This document shows, one piece after another, positions 56,622 to 64,000 of a stretch of 64,000 nucleotides of DNA (the stretch's first letter is position 1; every line of letters starts with the position of its first letter). The position numbers and the translations under genes are program-made. The notes beneath the pieces are model-generated. The model was not told the DNA's origin. It did no database searches and was given only the letters and a program-made list of their open reading frames with translations. Source of the stretch: Calditrichia bacterium (GTDB lineage: Bacteria; Calditrichota; Calditrichia; JAJRVZ01); assembly GCA_963796965.1 (NCBI GenBank), contig CAWCNS010000011.1, forward strand, positions 128,001-192,000, given 5' to 3'.

Positions 56622-58520
56622 ATGCACGAAGGAGGTTTTTTTTTCCAGGCATTTATTTTTTTGGCAGCCGCTGTTTTATCTGTTCCCATCGCTAAAAAAC
56701 TGGGCTTAGGGTCAGTGCTAGGCTATTTATTGGCAGGGATATTAATAGGACCCTTTGTTCTTGGTTTAGTCGGGAAAAATGGCCAGGATATCATGCATTT
56801 TGCTGAATTTGGGGTCGTGATGATGCTCTTCCTGATTGGGCTTGAATTGCAACCCGCGGTTTTGTGGAAACTTCGTGGGCCAATATTGGGGATGGGAGGG
56901 CTTCAGGTTTTATTGACCACCACATTGATCATGTCAGTGGGACTTTTCTTTGATCTTAGCTGGCAAACAGCATTAACGATTGGCTTAACCCTAGCCCTTT
57001 CCTCCACAGCCATTGTATTACAAACCCTTAACGAAAAAGGCCTGATAAACACACAGGGTGGTCAAAATGCTTTCTCTGTCTTGCTGTTCCAGGATATCGC
57101 CGTCATTCCAATTCTTGCAATCTTGCCCCTTCTCGCAACACAATATAGCAATAATAGTAAGCAGGTAATCCAGGCAGAACATGCCGGAACCTGGATAGAT
57201 ACTCTTCCAATTTGGGGTCAGACTATCACACTGATCGGTGTCGTCCTCCTCATTATAATAGCAGGTAAATATCTTATTAGCCCCGCTTTTCGCTTAATTG
57301 CTCAAACCAGACTACGGGAACTATTTACAGCAGCGGCCTTATTGTTGGTCATCGGTATCGCCCTCCTGATGACGAGCGTGGGACTAAGCCCTGCTCTGGG
57401 GACTTTTCTTGCAGGTGTTGTATTGGCACAGAGTGAGTACCGGCATGAATTAGAGACGGATATTGAACCTTTTAAAGGATTATTACTGGGTCTTTTCTTT
57501 ATCGCCGTTGGTGCATCAATTGATTTTAATCTCATTGTATCATCCCCGCTTATGATAACGGAAATGGTCCTGGGGTTGATCGTTATAAAATTTATCATTC
57601 TTTTTGTTATTGGGAAATTTTTCAAAATGGGTTTGGACAATAATCTATTATTTGCCTTTGCGCTGGCTCAGGGTGGTGAATTCGGTTTTGTTCTATTCTC
57701 ATTTTCTGTTCAGCATTATGTCCTTGATCCATCAATTGTAAATCCATTGATGGCTGTAATCGCCGTATCTATGGCTTTAACACCTTTGCTCATGTTAATC
57801 AATGAAAAATTGATCCAGCCCAAATTTGGTACAAAGGAAGGAACAGAAAGAGATGGAGATAAAATTGAACAAAAATTCAAAGTAATTATTGCTGGATTTG
57901 GACGGGTTGGCAGTACTATCGGTCGATTTTTACAAGCCCATGGCGTTAATGCCACCTATCTTGACATTGATCCAGACAACGTGGATCTCCTGCGTAAAAT
58001 GGGATTCAAAGTATTTTATGGCGATGCGGCAAGACAAGATATGCTTCATGCCGCTGGTGCAGACCAGGCAGATCTGCTTATTGTTGCCGTAGATAATCCA
58101 GAAAAAACATTTCAAATTGTAAGCACATCAAAAAAGCATTTTCCAAACCTAAAAATGATGGTTCGGACTAAAAGCTGGAACGATTCTTATGACATTATTG
58201 ATTTGGGTATAAAAAATATCTACCGGGAGACATTAGACTCTTCTCTACGTCTAGCCGCCGATGCGTTATGTCATTTAGGCCATAGAAAGTTTCAGACACA
58301 TCGCGCTATCAAGACCTTCCGCAAACATGATGACATTTACTTGTATGAACTGGCTGAGATGCGACATGATAAAAAAGAGCTGATCCGTGGCGCCAAACAA
58401 CGTATTGAGGATCTGGAAACTTTGTTACTCACTGAGATTGAAAATATTGGCAAAGACAAAGATCTTGGTTGGGATGCCACTACGTTGATCGAAGAGTTTG
58501 GGGAGCACCCAAAGACTTAG
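56622..58520 (+). CDS. kefC: KefC/KefB-type CPA2 K+/H+ antiporter with KTN domain
   Basis: GSVLGYLLAG; LSSTAIVL; LLFQD; HELETDIEPFKGLLLGLFF; AGFGRVG; YGDA. Confidence 0.92.
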   Translation: MHEGGFFFQAFIFLAAAVLSVPIAKKLGLGSVLGYLLAGILIGPFVLGLVGKNGQDIMHFAEFGVVMMLFLIGLELQPAVLWKLRGPILGMGGLQVLLTTTLIMSVGLFFDLSWQTALTIGLTLALSSTAIVLQTLNEKGLINTQGGQNAFSVLLFQDIAVIPILAILPLLATQYSNNSKQVIQAEHAGTWIDTLPIWGQTITLIGVVLLIIIAGKYLISPAFRLIAQTRLRELFTAAALLLVIGIALLMTSVGLSPALGTFLAGVVLAQSEYRHELETDIEPFKGLLLGLFFIAVGASIDFNLIVSSPLMITEMVLGLIVIKFIILFVIGKFFKMGLDNNLLFAFALAQGGEFGFVLFSFSVQHYVLDPSIVNPLMAVIAVSMALTPLLMLINEKLIQPKFGTKEGTERDGDKIEQKFKVIIAGFGRVGSTIGRFLQAHGVNATYLDIDPDNVDLLRKMGFKVFYGDAARQDMLHAAGADQADLLIVAVDNPEKTFQIVSTSKKHFPNLKMMVRTKSWNDSYDIIDLGIKNIYRETLDSSLRLAADALCHLGHRKFQTHRAIKTFRKHDDIYLYELAEMRHDKKELIRGAKQRIEDLETLLLTEIENIGKDKDLGWDATTLIEEFGEHPKT

Positions 58521-58713
58521 AGAGTGGGGCGTTGAGCGTAGAGCGTTCTGAAGAGAGAAAAGATAAGAGGGTGTAAGGGGCGTTAGCCCTAAATATTCAA
58601 TGATCAAGTAGGGGTGGACCCGTGTGTCATCCCAAATTATATATTGTGAACATTAGATCATACAATTTCCAAGCACCCGGAACCGAGTTCCCAGTTCCTA
58701 ATTACCAATTCCA

Positions 58714-59799
58714 TTATTTTTCAAACAACCATAAATAACCGCCGTACCCTTCTTCCTCCATCTTGTCCTTTTCAATAAATCGCATAGAGGCGGAATTTAC
58801 ACAATATCGTAATCCCGTTGGTTCCGGACCATCGTTGAAAACATGCCCCAGGTGAGAATCAGCGATATTACTCCGTACTTCAACACGGGCCATACCTAAC
58901 TTATAATCAATCTTTTTTGTCAGATATCGCGTATCAATGGGCTTAATAAAACTTGGCCAGCCACTTCCTGAATCGTATTTATCGGTGCTGCTGAAAAGAG
59001 GCTCTCCTGACACCACATCGACGTAAATCCCTTCCTTTTTGTTGTCCCAGTACTCGTTGGCGAATGCTCGTTCCGTGGCATCTTTTTGGGTGACCTCATA
59101 TTGTAGATTATCCAACTTGCTCTTTATTTCATTCTCTGCAGGAAGATTATCGCGGTAGGTAGTTGCCTCTCCCCACATATGTCGGATATAATCACTTCTG
59201 CCAGATCCTTTTTTATAGTTATTATACCTTTCAGGATTTGTTTTGTAATAATCCTGATGATAATCTTCAGCATTATAAAAGGTAGTAAATTCTTTTATGG
59301 GCGTAACCACAGGCTTGTCATATTTCCCTGATCTTTCTAACCTCTCTTTTGATGCCTCCGCTATTTTTTTTTGTTTATCATTATGATAGAATATTGCCGA
59401 CTGGTATTGTGTTCCACGATCAAAAAAGGAGCCACCTGCATCGGTAGGATCAAATTGTTTCCAATAGATATCTAATAATTCCAAATAGCTGATTACCACA
59501 GGATCAAAATAAACCTGTACGGCTTCCAGATGGCCAGTTTTACCACTGGAGACCTCTTCATAGGTGGGATCTTCTTCTTCACCCCCGGCATATCCGGAGA
59601 TCACGCGATCAACACCATCAAATGTTTCAAAAGGCGCTTCGACACACCAGAAACAGCCGCCGGCAAAGGTGGCCACCTCTAAATTGCCTGAAATTTTGCC
59701 AAGTTTTTCATCACTTTTCTCAGCATTTGAATCGCTTGTGGTACAAGCAAATAATAATGTCATCATAATCAACCCACTCATTTTTTTAATAGTCATCAC
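58714..59799 (-). CDS. msrAB: Lipoprotein peptide-methionine sulfoxide reductase MsrA/MsrB fusion
   Basis: Lipobox [39 protein letters not shown]. Confidence 0.95.
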   Translation of the reverse strand: MMTIKKMSGLIMMTLLFACTTSDSNAEKSDEKLGKISGNLEVATFAGGCFWCVEAPFETFDGVDRVISGYAGGEEEDPTYEEVSSGKTGHLEAVQVYFDPVVISYLELLDIYWKQFDPTDAGGSFFDRGTQYQSAIFYHNDKQKKIAEASKERLERSGKYDKPVVTPIKEFTTFYNAEDYHQDYYKTNPERYNNYKKGSGRSDYIRHMWGEATTYRDNLPAENEIKSKLDNLQYEVTQKDATERAFANEYWDNKKEGIYVDVVSGEPLFSSTDKYDSGSGWPSFIKPIDTRYLTKKIDYKLGMARVEVRSNIADSHLGHVFNDGPEPTGLRYCVNSASMRFIEKDKMEEEGYGGYLWLFEK

Positions 59800-60151
59800 T
59801 TTACCTTAAAGATTTTTTACGTTAACGAATTTCATACGTTCTATACTATAATCTAAAAATCAATATAATATATTCCCGTAAGATAAATGTAAGTAAAAAT
59901 ACCTTGGAACAAAATATACCTATTCGAGCGTATATAATTATAGCCACTTGAATTGTTAACTTGTTTTCAATTACCGAAAAATAGATCTCAAAGTACGTTC
60001 ACAGAAATGATTGTACCATTCAAAGAAAACTATGTACCTTTGATCAATGTTATATTTGCAGTTTAGGTAGTGTCATCCCGATAGAATCGGGATATGAAAA
60101 AATGAAAAATAGGTTTAAAAAAAGAAACCGCAGTTTAACAAAGGAGGTAAT

Positions 60152-60790
60152 ATGAAAATAGGTATATTAGGATCGGGAGGTGTAGCTCAAACACTCGGGA
60201 CTGGCCTTTTAACCTTAAATCACAGGGTGATGCTGGGGACACGCGATCCCTCTAAATTGGCAGAATGGCTAAAGGAGAATACTACTGCAACTGCCGGATC
60301 TTATGAGGATGCTGCTCTTTTCGGGGAGGTAATAATTTTGGCAACCTTTGGCCTGGCAACCCGGACAGCTATTGATCTCGCCGGTAGAAATAATTTTAGT
60401 GGTAAAATTGTCATTGATGTCACCAATCCTCTTGACTTTTCTGAGGGTCCTCCCCCAAAACTTAAATCCTCATTCGGACATTCGTTGGGCGAACAGATCC
60501 AAAAGGAAATCCCGGAGGCCAAAGTTGTAAAAGCATTTAATTCGATTGGTGCTCACATCATGATTAATGCCAAACGCGAGGAAGGTGTGCCTAATCTTTT
60601 ACTCGCCGGAAATGATAAAAAAGCCAAAGACTGGGTTGGAAAACTTGCTGCCCAGTGGGGTTGGGATGAAAGCATTGATATGGGCGGTATTGAAAATGCT
60701 TACTGGCTCGAAGCATTCGCTATGCTCTGGATGGTTTATGCTTTTAATAATGATCACTGGCAGCATGCCTTTAAGTTTTTAAAGAAATAA
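60152..60790 (+). CDS. F420-dependent NADP oxidoreductase-family dinucleotide-binding protein
   Basis: MKIGILGSGGVA; IDVTNPL; VVKAFN. Confidence 0.88.
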   Translation: MKIGILGSGGVAQTLGTGLLTLNHRVMLGTRDPSKLAEWLKENTTATAGSYEDAALFGEVIILATFGLATRTAIDLAGRNNFSGKIVIDVTNPLDFSEGPPPKLKSSFGHSLGEQIQKEIPEAKVVKAFNSIGAHIMINAKREEGVPNLLLAGNDKKAKDWVGKLAAQWGWDESIDMGGIENAYWLEAFAMLWMVYAFNNDHWQHAFKFLKK

Positions 60791-61046
60791 TCTCGTAATT
60801 AGTAATTGGGGATTCGGATTTGCGCTCCGAATAAAGGGTACCTGGTTTTGGATACGTGTGAAAGCATGGAGGAATTCATTCCAATTTGCTTTCCGGAAGA
60901 AAGTGTTTTAATCGCGAGACATTGGATATCTTTAATAGAAAATAGTAAATAACTGATTAGCGAACTGAGAATAAGGGTTCAAATTTTCAAATCATCATTA
61001 ATAAATCTCAATTCACTCTTAAATTGCCTTGTTATCATGATATAAA

Positions 61047-61859
61047 TCAAAAATGATAGTTTAGACTGATCCCCGTAAATCCATTCGAAAAGTTGTACCC
61101 GGCTGACAAATGATTACCATTACCCACTTTATGAAGTTCCGGGATAAAATAGCCAATCAACGCACCAATGGCATACCCAGTCATAACATCTGTACGAAAA
61201 TGATGCCCCGAGTCCCTCCTCAGATAGCCAACTACAGCCGGATACAGGGCGGCGCCGACCCAGATGAGGGTTTTTGTCGTTGAATTATCGAGATAATCGG
61301 AAAATACTTTAGTGACATAAAATGACAGGGCCGCAGCCGTTGACGTATGCCCAGAGTAGAAGGAAACGCGAGCAGCCCTACTTGTTTTTATATCCATTGG
61401 CGTATCAGGATCATAGACATAGGGTCGTGTGCGTAAACTCACACTTTTAACAATAGCATTCAATCCAGCCTGAATAAGCAAGACTTCCACCCCGATCACA
61501 CTAAGCATTTTCCAGTCCCGTTTTGTATTTTCATTGGCCAAAAAGTTTAGTGGTAACAAAAAAGTGGCATACAAGAGCAAGTCTCCCGCCATTGACTCAC
61601 GATAGGTACCAATGTCATGGCGATCAAAAGCATTGATATCATTGGGATCGAGATGGGCAATCTCCTCTGGTGTCAAAGGAGTAATACTATTCATCATGAT
61701 CAGGCCTGTGATCCCCATAGCTGCCCCACTACCCAGCAGAATGGTCTCGCGTGTTGTCTCAAGGGTATAGGGTGATTTAAATTTCATGGAATCCGGAATA
61801 TTTTGGCCCAGGGCTGCCATGTTCAGTACGAACAAGAAAAGAAGACTAAATTGTTTCAT
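61047..61859 (-). CDS. PAP2-family phosphatase
   Basis: K..RTRP; SFYSGH; R..GHHFRTDV..G. Confidence 0.9.
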   Translation of the reverse strand: MKQFSLLFLFVLNMAALGQNIPDSMKFKSPYTLETTRETILLGSGAAMGITGLIMMNSITPLTPEEIAHLDPNDINAFDRHDIGTYRESMAGDLLLYATFLLPLNFLANENTKRDWKMLSVIGVEVLLIQAGLNAIVKSVSLRTRPYVYDPDTPMDIKTSRAARVSFYSGHTSTAAALSFYVTKVFSDYLDNSTTKTLIWVGAALYPAVVGYLRRDSGHHFRTDVMTGYAIGALIGYFIPELHKVGNGNHLSAGYNFSNGFTGISLNYHF

Positions 61860-62112
61860 TGGGTATCTAACCGATCAGATTGAGATGAATATTTAGAAAA
61901 GATTAAGCGTATTAACAAAAAAATCCTCAGGTTTAATCCCACCCTCACGAGTTATCACCCTGAATGAATATCCAGCATCCTCCTTCTAAATTAATCCTTA
62001 TGGAAAAAAGGGTTCAAAAGATAGCCAGGAAAGATCATCTGGAATTGATAATGTCAGATTTGAGACGAATGGAAAGAACATGCTTTCTCCTTAAATTAAA
62101 TACATCTTAATG

Positions 62113-62182
62113 AAACCCCTACGGGGTTTTCAAATATGCTGAAACAATTTTCATCGCTACAACAATATTAACTCTACGAGGT
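62113..62182. repeat. Solo REP-like copies related to the 55.3-55.9 kb array
   Basis: aaacccctacggggttt and ctacaacaatattaactctacgagg. Confidence 0.55.
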
Positions 62183-62341
62183 AACACTCAGATTTAGAAA
62201 AGATTTTAATCAATACTCAATAGCCCATTGTTGATAACCGATAACCATTGAATTTCCACCTGAGAATAATTAAACACTGTCAGTCAGTTATACCTTTGTT
62301 AATCTGGTATTTTTCCATATGACAATACATATGCCTTTCAG

Positions 62342-62722
62342 TTAGCGAGCCCTCAGTTCCGCCCTGTATTTCCAGTTGACTAAAAAAAGTATCCCCACTA
62401 AGGCTGCAGTCCCTGATATCGTAGCATAGGCACTCCAATGGAATCGCCCCCAGGTGCTAACCAGGTAGAAGAATGCCATACCAATAAACAGTACCGCCCC
62501 TACCCATTCCCAACGCCAGGCGATGGCCAATACAATAAGAACAATATATACCGGAAGCAGGTGGATGAGGAAACCAAGTATAGATTCCCAAATTGATGAA
62601 TTTTCAGAGAAAGCATCTAGGGCAAACAGACTTAAAAACATGGCAAAAAGGATACATAAAATTCTGGGGGTCCAAAAAAGCATTTTTTTTGTGTTTTCAT
62701 TCATTTTTATATTCCTCAACAT
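62342..62722 (-). CDS. Small four-TM membrane protein
   Basis: WTPRIL..FLSLFALDAF..FLIHLLP..AWRWEWVG. Confidence 0.75.
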   Translation of the reverse strand: MLRNIKMNENTKKMLFWTPRILCILFAMFLSLFALDAFSENSSIWESILGFLIHLLPVYIVLIVLAIAWRWEWVGAVLFIGMAFFYLVSTWGRFHWSAYATISGTAALVGILFLVNWKYRAELRAR

Positions 62723-62844
62723 TTAAATGGTAGTTCTATAGGTTTGGTTTAGATGTTTGAATGTAAAATCAATAATTTTCCTCTTGAGCCAGCCTATAAT
62801 TATGTGATGATCATAAATGAGTAAATGTTTGACAACTTGAATGA

Positions 62845-62977
62845 TAGAAAGTTAGTGCCAAAAGCAAGGTTCATGATTTAAGTATTTGGTAATTCTAACG
62901 TTAGGAGGAATTATTGGAAAATGTGATAGAGCAAATTTGTTCTAAATATATAGACAGGTGTATGATATTATATAACA
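62845..62977 (-). promoter_or_regulatory. Possible sigma54 promoter with two upstream TGT-N13-ACA sites
   Basis: Minus strand TTGGCAC-taact-TTCTA (weak -12) at 62861-62845; TGT-N13-ACA at 62938-62956 and 62959-62977. Confidence 0.4.
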
Positions 62978-63017
62978 AGACATTGTCGTTTACGCCTGAT
63001 TGGCTGGGAGGGAGGAC

Positions 63018-63278
63018 TTACTTTTTTATTGCCAATTCTTTAATTAAACGGTTTAGATAGGTTCTTTGAATTTCCAGATGTTCAGCAGCTTTAGATTCCT
63101 GAATAAAGCGCTCTTTATTGCTCTTGTTTTGACTCAAATAAGGGGACAGAAACTTTAAGGCAACAAGCCGATCAAGTTTCAAATCACGGGCTTTGTATAC
63201 CACCCCCATACCCCCACGCCCCAACTCTTCGATTATATCGTAATGTGATATTTTTTTTCCAAGCATATTAGGAATCAA
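63018..63278 (-). pseudogene. Chimeric remnant: Ser/Thr kinase N-lobe fused in frame to a Fis-type HTH
   Basis: [23 protein letters not shown] joined at SKAA to [17 protein letters not shown]. Confidence 0.8.
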
Positions 63279-63544
63279 ATAAATAAACTAAATTGAAAGA
63301 CAAGATAGAAATGTTGATGACCAATGGATCATTCTTCTTAGAATTGAATAGAAAGTACTTCAGGATGGGTATAATCGCAAGAAATTTTATATTTTTCCCA
63401 TAGCCAAGTCGCAAAGGAGAACAGAAAAAAGTGAAAAGAAATAAAACAAAATTTCATTGCGACTTAGCGTCTTGGCTAGATGAATACTCCAGACTAATTT
63501 TTATTTTGCACAACAGGATGGATTGGATTATTATAATCCCTGGT

Positions 63545-64000
63545 TCAGTGGATCGTTTGTGTATGCGATAAGTCACCACGTTTATAAAAAATAAAACGGC
63601 CATCTTCTTCGCCAACGATGAGATCCAGTCCTTCCGGATTGCCGAAATCTGCTGGTGCCGGTGCACAGGCATGCTGGCCGAGAAAAATGGGTTCACCTCT
63701 AAATTTTAATAACTCAGGAAATGCAAACAGAGGTTCCGTATTTGTGTTAACGTTTCGCAAAAAAAGGACTGCCGATCCGGGAAGTCCCAGTGATTGTGGT
63801 AAACCATTTTCCGGATTGGGAACCGAACCATGGCGTGGTGTACCAACTATCAGATCGATACGGTCATCCTGATCCCAATCCACCAGGTTTAACTTAAGCC
63901 GTCCCGTCCCTCCGGCATGAAGAAAGTTGGCACCGATTACCTTCCCCTCCTCCAGTTTTAATTTCCCCCCATCCTCAAGGTTATAATCATCTATACGCCA
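63545..64000 (-). CDS. FG-GAP/VCBS repeat protein, C-terminal part (5' end outside the window)
   Basis: VDWDQDDRIDLIVG and ADFGNPEGLDLIVGEEDG repeats; the frame is open to the window edge. Confidence 0.75.
   Translation of the reverse strand, partial: WRIDDYNLEDGGKLKLEEGKVIGANFLHAGGTGRLKLNLVDWDQDDRIDLIVGTPRHGSVPNPENGLPQSLGLPGSAVLFLRNVNTNTEPLFAFPELLKFRGEPIFLGQHACAPAPADFGNPEGLDLIVGEEDGRFIFYKRGDLSHTQTIH

Overview
AT-rich (roughly 35-40% GC by eye) bacterial chromosomal window from a diderm organism. The secreted-protein motifs (LPV-LxxF/FlgD-type C-terminal domain) suggest the FCB/Calditrichota/KSB1 neighbourhood, which is inference only. It holds about 50 housekeeping and accessory genes: glycoside hydrolases (GH20, GH78), a TonB-dependent metal-uptake operon, APC/CCC transporters, oxidoreductases, a PlsA/PlsR(Ger)-like CoA-activase pair, LemA-TPM-TPM, a fibre-like secreted protein pair, csp-desaturase-B12 radical SAM, a two-component system, glycosyltransferases, a NifA-like activator facing a TorF-type porin, kefFC-like genes and msrAB. 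At least 11 genes are split by small indels, most likely long-read consensus errors. I recognised no rRNA, tRNA, CRISPR array or transposase. Best leads: (1) a small membrane uORF with HxH...CxxH and a C-terminal RAPP arrest motif, followed by competing RNA stems, in front of a lipoprotein and a ZnuD-like TonB receptor (candidate metal-sensing ribosome-stalling switch); (2) a complete sigma54 module with readable enhancer sites; (3) a PlsA/Ger-like ether-lipid locus and a separate desaturase/HpnP-like pair; (4) a 4-copy ~154-bp palindromic array plus many nested intergenic repeats; (5) three genes collapsed by internal deletion, including a kinase-HTH chimera.
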